Positions 28,547-38,709 of a stretch of 64,000 bases of DNA are shown here, in pieces. The notes beneath the pieces are model-generated. The model was not told the DNA's origin and ran no database searches. It was given only the letters and a program-made list of their open reading frames with translations. The number at the start of each line of letters is the position of its first letter. Position 1 is the first letter of the stretch. The DNA lies in assembly GCA_046760145.1 (NCBI GenBank), contig JBHIDO010000001.1, forward strand, positions 947-64,946. The letters run 5' to 3'. Both the position numbers and the translations under genes were made by a program. Source of the stretch: Candidatus Aenigmatarchaeota archaeon (GTDB lineage Archaea > Aenigmatarchaeota > Aenigmatarchaeia > Aenigmatarchaeales > Aenigmatarchaeaceae).

Positions 28547-29743
28547 CTAAATCAAACCAATTCCCATAAAAAATAAAATCGTAGGAATAATTAAACAACC
28601 CATTGAATAACTTCTTCTTACTCCAATTAAATTGGGAATTATTCCAATTGCTATTCCTGTAAAGGAAATTAATAATCCCATTATTCCAGAAAAGAAAACA
28701 ATTAGACCAAAAATAAAAATAGAAACATAAAAACATAATTTTGAATAATTAACTTTACTAAGTATTTTCAAAAACCTTTTTGATATATTTAATGTTAATA
28801 TAGATGCAATTCCTGCAGCAAATATGATTACTGATATAAAGATCAAAATTTCATTAAATCCAATATTTAATAATTTTGAAATACCAACCGCAATTCCTGA
28901 TCTTGGATTTCCTATTAACCATAGTGCTAACAAAGAATAAATTAAATCTGAAGAATCAACTGCTGATAATGAAATTAAAAAATCTTTACCTTCTTTTTTC
29001 TTTGAAACTTGCTGAGCTAGAATTGCTGATTGCGCAGCACCTAATCCAGGAAGTAAACCAGCTATAATTCCTGCTAAACTTCCTATTCCTATTGAAGAAA
29101 ATATTCTTTTGAATTTTACCTTTTCTTCTTCAAATGTAAAATTTTCTGGTAATTTAGTTTTTCGAAAAACAGATATTAATAACAAAGGTAAACCAAACAA
29201 ACCAGTTAATAATGGAAATATATAAGAATCTGAAAAATCAAGAACAGCTAAACCAAGTAATCCTGATAAGATAAAAACAGAAAATGCAAATAATTTATTT
29301 TTTCCTTTTTCTCTTAGGATCATATAACCCATAACAAATATTAGTAACCAATGAATATGTGGTCTTATTATTTCATATAATTCAGGAACAAATAATGCAA
29401 ATAATGGTAAAGTTAAAATTGCAAATAAAATTCCTCCTAAATTTCCGATAACAGTTAATTTGATTGCTTCAAAACCTTTCCCTTCTAATAATAATTTATG
29501 TCCAGGTAGAACTCCTAATGATGTTGTATCTTCTGGCGCACCTAGCAATATAGCAGGTATGTAAGCTAAAAAAGAGTCAACTACACCACAAGTTATTAAG
29601 ATTATAGCAGCTGTTAAAGGATCAAACAAAAATGAAATTCCAAGTATTATTGGTATTGTATTATTAGGATGTAAGCCAGGAAGTAATCCTGCACCTATAC
29701 CTAAAACAATTCCTAGCAAAAGAGCAAGAAAAAAATCTAACAT
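28547..29743 (-). CDS. TctA-family (DUF112) integral membrane protein
   Basis: 398 aa polytopic protein with repeated G-x-LPGL-G(A) motifs (GIGAGLLPGLHP..., GIIAGLLPGLGAAQSA) characteristic of the TctA family. Confidence 0.45.
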   Translation of the reverse strand: MLDFFLALLLGIVLGIGAGLLPGLHPNNTIPIILGISFLFDPLTAAIILITCGVVDSFLAYIPAILLGAPEDTTSLGVLPGHKLLLEGKGFEAIKLTVIGNLGGILFAILTLPLFALFVPELYEIIRPHIHWLLIFVMGYMILREKGKNKLFAFSVFILSGLLGLAVLDFSDSYIFPLLTGLFGLPLLLISVFRKTKLPENFTFEEEKVKFKRIFSSIGIGSLAGIIAGLLPGLGAAQSAILAQQVSKKKEGKDFLISLSAVDSSDLIYSLLALWLIGNPRSGIAVGISKLLNIGFNEILIFISVIIFAAGIASILTLNISKRFLKILSKVNYSKLCFYVSIFIFGLIVFFSGIMGLLISFTGIAIGIIPNLIGVRRSYSMGCLIIPTILFFMGIGLI

Positions 29744-29791
29744 AATATGAAAACAATATTTTAAAAGAAATAATTAATTTACTACTTTCAG

Positions 29792-31498
29792 TTAAATTTC
29801 ATGTTCTTCTAGTATTTTTTCTGCAACTCTTCCGAATGCTGGTCTTGTTATTACAATACCAATTAAAATTCCTAAAACAGTTGTTATTGCAAACCCTCTC
29901 ATAACACCAATACCAACAAACATTAATGGTAACATTGCAGCAATAATTGTTCCAGCCGCACCAAATATTATGAAGAAAGCTCTTTTGATTCTTTGTTTTA
30001 AAGTATAAATTTTCTTTTCAGCACCACCACCAATTAATATTTCATCTATTATCATTATTTGATCGTTTGTTCCAGTTCCAATTGCAGCAATTATTCCAGC
30101 TATAGCAGCTAAATCAATTGTCCATTTTATTAATGATGCAGCCCCCAAAATTAGAATTAACTCTGATGCACTCCAAAGCATCATAGGAATTAATATTTTG
30201 ATTTTTCTATATCTGAAAAATATTACACCAGCAACAGCAATTTCAGCTATAATTGCAGCTATTATAGCTGCCTTAAAGAATTCTTGTCCTAGACTTGGAG
30301 AGATCTGATCAATTTTTATTATTTCTAAACTAACCGGTAAAGACCCTGATTGTAAAATACTTTGTAATGTTAATTTTTCTTGTAAAGCATCACTTCTAGT
30401 TGATCTAAAACCTGTTATCAAAGGAGTTGTGTATGCTTTTCCTTTTAGCTCAGCAGCAATACCTAAGCTAGAAACTTCTTTTTCATCCATATAAAGATAA
30501 ATTTTACTTTCTAAATATTTTTCACCGCTAGTTGGATTGGTTATAATTTTCATATTCTTTGTGATATCAGCAAATTTTTTGGCACTTTCTTCTGAAATAA
30601 ATACCTGAAACTGAAATTGCCAACCTTCCTGTAATTGTAAAATTCTAGATACACAAATTCCTGGTTGATCTTGCATACAAACCGATTTTATATCAGAACC
30701 AGTAAAAACAGTAAACATAAGAACAGCGGTTTGGTTTGTTAGATTAAAAACTTCAAATTCAATTCCATTAAGTTTAGAAGTATCATTTATAGACAATAAT
30801 TCATTATTAATTTTTACTTGATTATTCTGAAGTTCAACTGTATAGTTATTATCACCCAACATAAAACTGCTGATATTTTCTTTAAAATTAACAAAAATTG
30901 GTATTTTACCTTCAAATTTTCCTTGTTTTGCTAATAAATTTTCAATTTCTTCTTTTGTTCCACCAGCCATTTCAATTTGTGCATAATTATTTCCAGAAAC
31001 ATCTTTAACTTGTTGGAATTTGGCCTCTTTTAAACCATAAATATTAATTCTAGTTTCTAATGTAGCAATTATTTGTTGCATTACTATGTCGGAAACATTT
31101 TCTTTTGGTTTTAGTAATACTCTGGTTCCACCAACTAGGTCTAAACCAAAATTTAAATTAGTTCTAGGTTTTCCTTTTACAATTACTCCTAATCCAGGCT
31201 CCTGAATATTTACAATATCAAGTTTTCCATTATGAATAAATCTAAGATTTCCAGTAAAATCATCAAATATATAAAAATCTTCTGGTGTTGATATATCTTT
31301 TTCATTTATCCATGTTATAATTTCACCAACATTTACTATGTTAAAAAGAGGAGAATCAGACGAAATACTCGTAACAATTACACCTTTCTGAAATGATGGT
31401 GCAATTGCAAATAAAGATAATGCCACTAGAATTATTACTAATAATACTCTCCAATCTTTTAGTAAATTCAATATCATATTTTCCTCTCCAGATACCAT
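29792..31498 (-). CDS. secD: Protein-export membrane protein SecD
   Basis: N-terminal TM, large extracytoplasmic domain, C-terminal 5-6 TM bundle with SecD/F signature. Follows secF. Confidence 0.7.
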   Translation of the reverse strand: MVSGEENMILNLLKDWRVLLVIILVALSLFAIAPSFQKGVIVTSISSDSPLFNIVNVGEIITWINEKDISTPEDFYIFDDFTGNLRFIHNGKLDIVNIQEPGLGVIVKGKPRTNLNFGLDLVGGTRVLLKPKENVSDIVMQQIIATLETRINIYGLKEAKFQQVKDVSGNNYAQIEMAGGTKEEIENLLAKQGKFEGKIPIFVNFKENISSFMLGDNNYTVELQNNQVKINNELLSINDTSKLNGIEFEVFNLTNQTAVLMFTVFTGSDIKSVCMQDQPGICVSRILQLQEGWQFQFQVFISEESAKKFADITKNMKIITNPTSGEKYLESKIYLYMDEKEVSSLGIAAELKGKAYTTPLITGFRSTRSDALQEKLTLQSILQSGSLPVSLEIIKIDQISPSLGQEFFKAAIIAAIIAEIAVAGVIFFRYRKIKILIPMMLWSASELILILGAASLIKWTIDLAAIAGIIAAIGTGTNDQIMIIDEILIGGGAEKKIYTLKQRIKRAFFIIFGAAGTIIAAMLPLMFVGIGVMRGFAITTVLGILIGIVITRPAFGRVAEKILEEHEI

Positions 31499-32295
31499 CT
31501 TAATAATCCAGCATTAGTTATCCATGTGTTAATTACATCAAATATTAATCCAATTAAAAGAACAGATGCAATTTGAGTAATTATGCTTGATGCTGATATT
31601 ATAAACAAAGCAAATAAAGCTGCTGCTGTTGCTCCTATCATTGTTAAACCGGTTTTCATTGTTCCTTTTATTCTATTTTTTAAATTACCTTCTCTAGTTT
31701 TCAAAATCCTTGTGGTTAACAAAATATCTGTGTCAACAGAGTAACCAATTAATAGCAATAATGCGGCAAATGTTGCTAAAGATAATTCTATTCCTAACAT
31801 TTGTGAAAATGCTAGTGTTTCAACAATATCTGCAAACCCAGCCAAAATAACATAAAAGCTTGGTAAAGCTTTTTTAAAAATTATAAAAACAGTTACAGCC
31901 ATAAAAAGAAAGGCAAACCCTAAAACAACCTGTGCTTGTTGAAAGAAGGCTGCTCCTAAACTGGGTGTTATTGTTTGAACAGAATAACTATCAAACACAT
32001 ATCCATTGTTTTTTAAAGTGTTAATTACATCATCTGAATTTATACTTGAATCAAATTCAATTAAAACAGAATATCCAGTAATACCTCTAGCAATCCTAAC
32101 ATCTGCATTATATTCTTTTAAAATATTTTCTAAAATATGTTCATTGGGAGGTGTTGAAGATTCAGCAGAAATTAATGTTCCACCTTTCAAATCTACATCA
32201 AGATTCAAACCAGTAGTAGATATTACCCAAAATAAATAAATTAAAGATAAAACTAATAATGCTACAGGTATTATCATCAAGGTCTTATAATTCAT
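31474..32295 (-). CDS. secF: Protein-export membrane protein SecF
   Basis: 273 aa. N-terminal TM + LDVDLKGGTLI start of the periplasmic domain, then 5 C-terminal TM. Overlaps secD start. Confidence 0.7.
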   Translation of the reverse strand: MNYKTLMIIPVALLVLSLIYLFWVISTTGLNLDVDLKGGTLISAESSTPPNEHILENILKEYNADVRIARGITGYSVLIEFDSSINSDDVINTLKNNGYVFDSYSVQTITPSLGAAFFQQAQVVLGFAFLFMAVTVFIIFKKALPSFYVILAGFADIVETLAFSQMLGIELSLATFAALLLLIGYSVDTDILLTTRILKTREGNLKNRIKGTMKTGLTMIGATAAALFALFIISASSIITQIASVLLIGLIFDVINTWITNAGLLRWYLERKI

Positions 32296-32335
32296 ACCAA
32301 AAATGTTATATAATCAACTATTTATATGGTTATTG

Positions 32336-33286
32336 ATGAGAATAGGCATAATTGGATGTGGGATAAATGGTGCATATTTGGGTTGGAAGTTATCTAGAAA
32401 AAATGATGTTACAATTTTTGAGCAGAAAAGAAAAATAGGAAAAGAGGTATGTTCTGGTTTAGTTTCTGAAAGGTTGTGGAATTTTATACCTAAAAATAAA
32501 AAATTAATTAAAAACACAATTAATTCAGCTATTTTACACTATCCTAATAAAGACGTTAAATTGGATTTTTCACCCAAAATATTTGTTTTAGAACATAAAT
32601 TATTAGATAGATATGTTGTATCTTTAGCAAAGAAAAATAACATAAAGATATTTTTGAATAAGAAAGTAACAAAAGTAACTCAAAACAAAAAACCTATAAT
32701 ATATGCTAGAAAATCGTTTGAATTTGATTATGTTATTGGTTGTGATGGTGCATTATCAATAACAAGAAAATCCTTAGGGATTGAAGATCCTAAATATAGG
32801 CTAGGAATGCTAACATATGTTAACAAAAAGGATAAATCTGATTTTTTTGAAACTTGGCCAACCAAACATGGTTTTTTTTGGAGAATACCTAGAGGATCTA
32901 AAGTTGAGTATGGTATATTAGAAAGAACAGATAGAGCAAAGAGGATGTTTCAGAGTTTTCTCAAGAAAAAGAAAATAAAGACAAGGAAAATTTACTCACG
33001 TGTTATACCATTAGGATTAACTAAACTTTATAAAGGAAAAATAGCTTTGACTGGAGATGCTTGTGGCCTAACAAAACCATGGTCTGGTGGGGGCATAATT
33101 TGGGGTTTATTAGCAGATGATATTTTATTAAGAACATTTCCAAACTTTAGGAAGTATGAGAATGAAGTAAGAAGATTATTTGAAGCAAATATATTCTTTT
33201 CAAATTTAACAGCTAGTTTAGCTTTTAAAATATCTAAATTACCATTACCTAGAAAATATTTGTTTGATAGTGATTGGGTATTTTAA
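32336..33286 (+). CDS. FAD-dependent geranylgeranyl-reductase-family oxidoreductase (start at MRIGIIG)
   Basis: Rossmann dinucleotide motif IGIIGCGINGAYLG, then EVCSG. Size about 315 aa typical of archaeal GGR-family short forms. Confidence 0.55.
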   Translation: MRIGIIGCGINGAYLGWKLSRKNDVTIFEQKRKIGKEVCSGLVSERLWNFIPKNKKLIKNTINSAILHYPNKDVKLDFSPKIFVLEHKLLDRYVVSLAKKNNIKIFLNKKVTKVTQNKKPIIYARKSFEFDYVIGCDGALSITRKSLGIEDPKYRLGMLTYVNKKDKSDFFETWPTKHGFFWRIPRGSKVEYGILERTDRAKRMFQSFLKKKKIKTRKIYSRVIPLGLTKLYKGKIALTGDACGLTKPWSGGGIIWGLLADDILLRTFPNFRKYENEVRRLFEANIFFSNLTASLAFKISKLPLPRKYLFDSDWVF

Positions 33287-34242
33287 AATAATTTTTTCAA
33301 AATTTCTATTGTTTTTTCAACAGACTCTTTACTATTATATTTTGGTTTCCATCCTAGTTGCTTTATTTTATCTATAGAAAGTAGCATGTATTTTACATCA
33401 CCTTTCCAACCACGTCCTCCATCAACCCCTCCTGTAAATTTATATTCAATATTTTCTAATCCCAATCCCTTGACAACCAAGTCTGCTATTTCTTTAACAG
33501 TTATCCTATCTTCAGAACCAAGATTAAAGATTTCAACCCTATTTTTAGCATTTTTCTCACTAAAAATCATTCCATCAATGCAATCGTCTATATAAAGATA
33601 AGATTTAGACTGGGTTCCATCACCTAGAATCTCAAGTTCTTTAGGGTTTTGTTTTAATTTTTTAATAAAATCAAATATAACACCATGACCACTTCTTTCT
33701 CCAATAACATTTGCAAACCTTAATAAAACAGATTTCATATCAAACGTATAACAATAACTCGATATTAGGGCTTCTGCAGCTAATTTTGATGCTGCATAAA
33801 GTGAAATAGGAATAAGTGGCCCATAATCTTCTTTGGTTGGAATTTGAGTTGCATCACCATAAACTGCTGAAGTAGAAGTAAATATTATATTTTTTATTCC
33901 TTTTTTTCTCATTGCTTCTAAGAGATTATAGGTAGCAACTATATTCTGATCAAAATGAACTCTTGAATCTTCAGCCCCAATTTTAACATCTGGATTTGCT
34001 GCAAGATGATAAACCTTTTCAACATCATTTAAGCATTTTTCAATATCTTCTGGTTTTAACAAATCCCCCACAACAACCTCAAAATTTGGATTACCTTCAT
34101 TATGTTTTATATTTTTCATGTTTCCAGAACTCAGATTGTCTAGCACTATTACTTTTTCATTCATAGAAAGTAGTTTATCAACTAAATGAGAACCTATAAA
34201 TCCAGCTCCACCCGTAACTAATATCTTAGACATAATATTCAT
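33283..34242 (-). CDS. NAD-dependent sugar-nucleotide epimerase/dehydratase (GalE/extended SDR family)
   Basis: ILVTGGAGFIGSHLVDKLL (GxxGxxG), catalytic YAASKLAAE (YxxxK), SDR size. Confidence 0.8.
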   Translation of the reverse strand: MNIMSKILVTGGAGFIGSHLVDKLLSMNEKVIVLDNLSSGNMKNIKHNEGNPNFEVVVGDLLKPEDIEKCLNDVEKVYHLAANPDVKIGAEDSRVHFDQNIVATYNLLEAMRKKGIKNIIFTSTSAVYGDATQIPTKEDYGPLIPISLYAASKLAAEALISSYCYTFDMKSVLLRFANVIGERSGHGVIFDFIKKLKQNPKELEILGDGTQSKSYLYIDDCIDGMIFSEKNAKNRVEIFNLGSEDRITVKEIADLVVKGLGLENIEYKFTGGVDGGRGWKGDVKYMLLSIDKIKQLGWKPKYNSKESVEKTIEILKKLF

Positions 34243-34280
34243 ATATTAAGAGTAGTTATTTATCTTTATCGGGTGTTGAA

Positions 34281-35795
34281 ATGAAATTACAAAGAAAAAT
34301 TATTTCGAATGTTTTTTATTATTTTTTAGATATTGTTACTTTGTCAATTTTCGGTTATATTTTCTGGATATTAATGGGTAAGATGTTAGTACCAGAACAA
34401 TATGGAATTTTGTTAACAGTGGTTTCTTTATTTTATGTTTTTGTTTCAATTACTACTTTGGGTTTTCATGAAGCTTTGCCTAAGTTTATATCTGAATTGG
34501 TAAAGAAAAATAAATTATCACAAATTAGATCAATGATAACTTATTCGATAAAATTTGTAACTATTACATCATTACTATTATCTGTAGCAATTTTCTTTTT
34601 ATCAGAAAATACTTCTTTGATTTTATATGGTTCCGAGAAAATGATAATACCCCTTCAATTCCTTTCAATACTTTTATTTTCTGGTGTTTTGGCATATATT
34701 TCTAAGTCAATTTTACAAGGATTTCAAAATTTCAAAAAATTATTTCTAGCTGATTTAACAGGTAATATATTAAAAATAATAATAGCATTTGTTTTGGTTT
34801 TTATTGGCCTTGGAGTTATAGGTGGAATTATTTCATTGGTTGTATGGTTTATATCAGTTGTAATTGTTTCTATAATTGTGATAATAAAAATATTTAAATC
34901 TAAATTAAAAAAAATAAATTTTGATAAAAAGAAATTTTTCAAATTCAGTTTACTTAGTGTTGTATCATTATCGTCTTTGCTTTTGATACAACAAGGAGGA
35001 ATAATAATTCTAGGATTTTTATCAACTTTAGAATCTGTTGCATTTTTAGGAGTTGCATTTCTTGTTGGTCAAATAGTTATTTTAATTCCAATTGTTATAA
35101 TGGGATCACTATTTCCAACTTTTTCTAGTTTTTGGGTAAAAGAAAAGAATAAGTTCACAAAATTATTATCAATTTCAATTAAAGTAATTGTTTTGACAGT
35201 TTTACCACTTGTTATTTTATTTACAATGCTTTCTGATTGGATAGTTAAAATTTTATATACAACAGAATATTTACCAGCATCATTTTTGTTTCCAGGATTT
35301 CTTTTTGGAAGTTTCTTATTAGGAATAAATTTATTGATTTTAATAGCATTATATTCTGCAAATAAACCCAATTTAAGAGCTTTAACACTTTTTATTGGTA
35401 TGATTATAAACATTTCTTTATGCTTTATTTTAATACCAACATTTGGTGCACAGGGTGCTGTTTTTGCATTTTTAACATCCCAAATCTTTACATTAGTGTT
35501 TTCACTTTTGTTTATTAGTAAATTAATTCAATTAAAATTTTCAAGAAGAAGTGTTCTAATTATACCGGTAAACATAATATTCTTAATTTTATTATTTTTC
35601 ATAAAATTAACTGAAATATTAGTATTAAAGGTTTTGGTAATTTTATTTTCAATAATGATTTACATAATTTTGTTGTTTGCATTAAAAATAATAAACAGAA
35701 ATGATTTAGATATTTTAAATTATTTTCCTGATAAACTAGGTTTCGAGGCTTTTAAAAGGGTAGTTAAGAGGATGATAAATTTTTTTAAGAGATAA
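34281..35795 (+). CDS. Wzx/MOP-superfamily oligosaccharide flippase (polysaccharide biosynthesis protein)
   Basis: 504 aa, about 14 TM helices, layout of Polysacc_synt/Wzx (AglR-like). First gene of glycosylation island. Confidence 0.6.
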   Translation: MKLQRKIISNVFYYFLDIVTLSIFGYIFWILMGKMLVPEQYGILLTVVSLFYVFVSITTLGFHEALPKFISELVKKNKLSQIRSMITYSIKFVTITSLLLSVAIFFLSENTSLILYGSEKMIIPLQFLSILLFSGVLAYISKSILQGFQNFKKLFLADLTGNILKIIIAFVLVFIGLGVIGGIISLVVWFISVVIVSIIVIIKIFKSKLKKINFDKKKFFKFSLLSVVSLSSLLLIQQGGIIILGFLSTLESVAFLGVAFLVGQIVILIPIVIMGSLFPTFSSFWVKEKNKFTKLLSISIKVIVLTVLPLVILFTMLSDWIVKILYTTEYLPASFLFPGFLFGSFLLGINLLILIALYSANKPNLRALTLFIGMIINISLCFILIPTFGAQGAVFAFLTSQIFTLVFSLLFISKLIQLKFSRRSVLIIPVNIIFLILLFFIKLTEILVLKVLVILFSIMIYIILLFALKIINRNDLDILNYFPDKLGFEAFKRVVKRMINFFKR

Positions 35796-35886
35796 GCTTA
35801 AAAAACTTTGTAGTTAATACTTTTAAGTAGTAAAAGATAAAAATATATTTAAACATAAATAATATAACAGCGTTATAAGTGATATT

Positions 35887-37293
35887 ATGAGGGTTTTACT
35901 TGTACAGCCAAATTATAGAAGAACAAGAGAAACTGGTGCATGGTTGGTTAATCCACCAATTGGGCTAGGATATATAGCATCAGTTTTAGAAAAAAATAAT
36001 ATATCTGTTGAAATTATAGATGCAAACGCATTAAATTTAATTCCAGAAGATGTTGCTCTTTATGCAAAAAATTTTGATATTATAGGAGTTAGTATGTTAA
36101 CTCCTGCTCATAGATTTGGAGTTGCTCTAGCAAACCATGAATTATTAAAAAATAAACTTAAGGTTGTTGGGGGTCCACATGCTTCTGGATATCCTGAAGA
36201 ATTACTCGAAAGTGGATTTGATATAGTAGTTAGGGGAGAGGGAGAATATAGTTTTCTAGAAATAGTACAAGGCAAGAATTTGAAGGATATATTAGGTATT
36301 TCTTTTAAGGATAATGGCAAAATAATTCACAATAAAAACAGACCAGAATTAGATGTAGATAAACTACCATTCCCAGCAAGACATTTAATGATAAAAAATG
36401 GTGTTGATTTGCCTTATCTTTCGGCTGGTACACAATATAGACCATGGTCACCTATTTTTACGAGTAGAGGATGTCCATATGACTGTAATTTCTGCAATAA
36501 GAAAGTGTTTGGTTATAAGTTTAGGCCAAGAAGTCCTGAAAATGTTGTAAAGGAAATTGATTTTCTGGTTAAAAATTATGGTGTAAAAGAAATTGATATT
36601 TATGATGATACATTTAATCTTGATATTGAGAGGGCAGAAAAAATATTAGATCTAATAATTGAAAGAAATTATAAAATTTACATAAGGACAACAAACGGGC
36701 TCAGAGCTGATAAAGTGACAAGAAGATTTTTAGAAAAAATGAAAAAAGCGGGTTGTATATACATTGCATATGGAATAGAATCTGGAGATCAATCTGTTTT
36801 AGATAAAATACCTAAAGCAGAAACATTAGAAGATATCAGACGTGCTGTTAAATTAACAAAAGAAGTAGGTATTCCTGTATGTGGTTTTATTATGTTTGGT
36901 TTGTTTGGGGATACAAAGGAAACTATGCAAAAAACCATTGATTTTACAAAGGAACTTGATTTAGATTTTGTTGCAGTAAATCTTACAACACCATATCCCG
37001 GGACTAAATTATTTGATAGAATTAAAAAAGAAGGAAAATTTTTATTTGATTTTAATAAATGGGAAGATTTTCATCATACATCTGGTAGAATGTGTTTTAC
37101 ACACCCAGATGTTGCTTCTCCAAAAGAAGTTGAAGAAGCATATCAACGTGCATATAGAGAATTTTATTTTAGACCACGTTATTTAATTAGACAATTATTA
37201 AAAGTTAGAACTTGGGAGCAATTTAAAGGAATGATTCGTGGAGGTATAGCGATATGGAAAGGAGCATTCAAAAAACAAAAAGTAGATCTATGA
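35887..37293 (+). CDS. B12-binding (class B) radical SAM enzyme, paralog 1
   Basis: N-terminal B12-binding-domain start MRVLLVQPNY...IGLGYIASVL. Radical SAM cluster motif SRGCPYDCNFC (CxxxCxxC). 468 aa. Confidence 0.8.
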   Translation: MRVLLVQPNYRRTRETGAWLVNPPIGLGYIASVLEKNNISVEIIDANALNLIPEDVALYAKNFDIIGVSMLTPAHRFGVALANHELLKNKLKVVGGPHASGYPEELLESGFDIVVRGEGEYSFLEIVQGKNLKDILGISFKDNGKIIHNKNRPELDVDKLPFPARHLMIKNGVDLPYLSAGTQYRPWSPIFTSRGCPYDCNFCNKKVFGYKFRPRSPENVVKEIDFLVKNYGVKEIDIYDDTFNLDIERAEKILDLIIERNYKIYIRTTNGLRADKVTRRFLEKMKKAGCIYIAYGIESGDQSVLDKIPKAETLEDIRRAVKLTKEVGIPVCGFIMFGLFGDTKETMQKTIDFTKELDLDFVAVNLTTPYPGTKLFDRIKKEGKFLFDFNKWEDFHHTSGRMCFTHPDVASPKEVEEAYQRAYREFYFRPRYLIRQLLKVRTWEQFKGMIRGGIAIWKGAFKKQKVDL

Positions 37294-38705
37294 GGGTTTT
37301 GTTATTAAATCCACCATGGATAAAGGGTTTTAATAGATTTAGTAGATGGAGCTCTAGATCTGTTTCAGAAACATTATCTGAGCCACTTTATTTAGCTTAT
37401 GCTACAGCTGTTCTTGAAAGAGATACAAATGCAGATGTAAAACTAATAGACGCATTTGCTCTTGGTTGGAAATTATCTGAATTAAAAAGAAATTTAAAAA
37501 AAATAAATCCTGATTTGGTTGTTATAGAATCAACCACACCCTCATTTGAAGATGATATGAAAACAGTTAAAATTATTAAGAATAATACTAATGCTAAAAT
37601 TATGTTAGTTGGAACGCATGGAAGTGTATTTCCCAAGGAAACCCTTAGAAATAATCCAATAGACATAGTTGCTATAGGAGAGTATGATTATACTGTTAGG
37701 GATGTTGTTAAGAATTTTAATAATTTAAGAAGGGTTAAAGGAATAGCATTTAAAAAAAATGGAAAAATCATAAAAACATCGCCACGTCCATTAATAGAAA
37801 ACTTAGATTCTTTACCATTCCCAGCAAGACACCATTTAGATATGAGCAAATATAGGGAATCTAACATTACTAAAAAAATATTTGCTAGGATGATAAGTTC
37901 TAGAGGATGTACTGGGAGATGTATTTTTTGTGTTTTCAATTTTGTGTATAACAATCTTAGATGGAGAGGAAGAAGTGCTAAAAATGTTGTTGATGAGATG
38001 GAACATTTGATAAATGAATATGGAATAGAATATATTTACATTGATGATGATACTTTTACAATTGATAAAAAGCGTGTTCATGACATATGTAAACTGATAA
38101 TTAAAAGGGGAATAAATAAAAAATTGTCATGGGGAAGTCTTTCAAGGATAGATACGGTTAATGAAAAAATGTTAAAAACAATGGTAGAAGCTGGTTGTGA
38201 TTTACTGGTTTATGGAGTAGAATCGGGAGATCAAAACGTACTGAATAATATGAAAAAAGGAATAACATTGGAGCAAATAAGAAGGGTATTTAAATGGACA
38301 AAAAAAGCTGGGATAAGAATTCATGCGACTTTTATGTTTGGCTCACCAGGTGAAACCAAAGAAACAATTAGAAAAACTATAGAATTTGCAAAAGAACTTA
38401 ATCCTGATACAGCCCAATTTCCAATTTGTATGCCATATCCTGGTACAGAATTTTATGAGATTGCAAAGAAAAATAATTGGTTAAAATTTAATAAGTGGTC
38501 AGATTTTTATAGTGCTACAGATAGAGCTGTTATTGAAACACCCCAATTATCAAGAAAGGATCTTGAGAAAGCTGTTAAAATGGCTTATAAAGAATTTTAT
38601 ATGAGACCAAGATTTATATTAAAGAAATTATTTTCTATCAATTCGTTTTCACAATTTAAAGAAACTATAAAAGGAGGATTTGCTTTGTTAAAATCTTTAA
38701 GGTGA
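37290..38705 (+). CDS. B12-binding (class B) radical SAM enzyme, paralog 2 (start at MRVLLLNPPW, ATGA overlap)
   Basis: SSRGCTGRCIFC radical SAM motif. Same domain order and length as paralog 1. Confidence 0.8.
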   Translation: MRVLLLNPPWIKGFNRFSRWSSRSVSETLSEPLYLAYATAVLERDTNADVKLIDAFALGWKLSELKRNLKKINPDLVVIESTTPSFEDDMKTVKIIKNNTNAKIMLVGTHGSVFPKETLRNNPIDIVAIGEYDYTVRDVVKNFNNLRRVKGIAFKKNGKIIKTSPRPLIENLDSLPFPARHHLDMSKYRESNITKKIFARMISSRGCTGRCIFCVFNFVYNNLRWRGRSAKNVVDEMEHLINEYGIEYIYIDDDTFTIDKKRVHDICKLIIKRGINKKLSWGSLSRIDTVNEKMLKTMVEAGCDLLVYGVESGDQNVLNNMKKGITLEQIRRVFKWTKKAGIRIHATFMFGSPGETKETIRKTIEFAKELNPDTAQFPICMPYPGTEFYEIAKKNNWLKFNKWSDFYSATDRAVIETPQLSRKDLEKAVKMAYKEFYMRPRFILKKLFSINSFSQFKETIKGGFALLKSLR

Positions 38706-38709
38706 TATA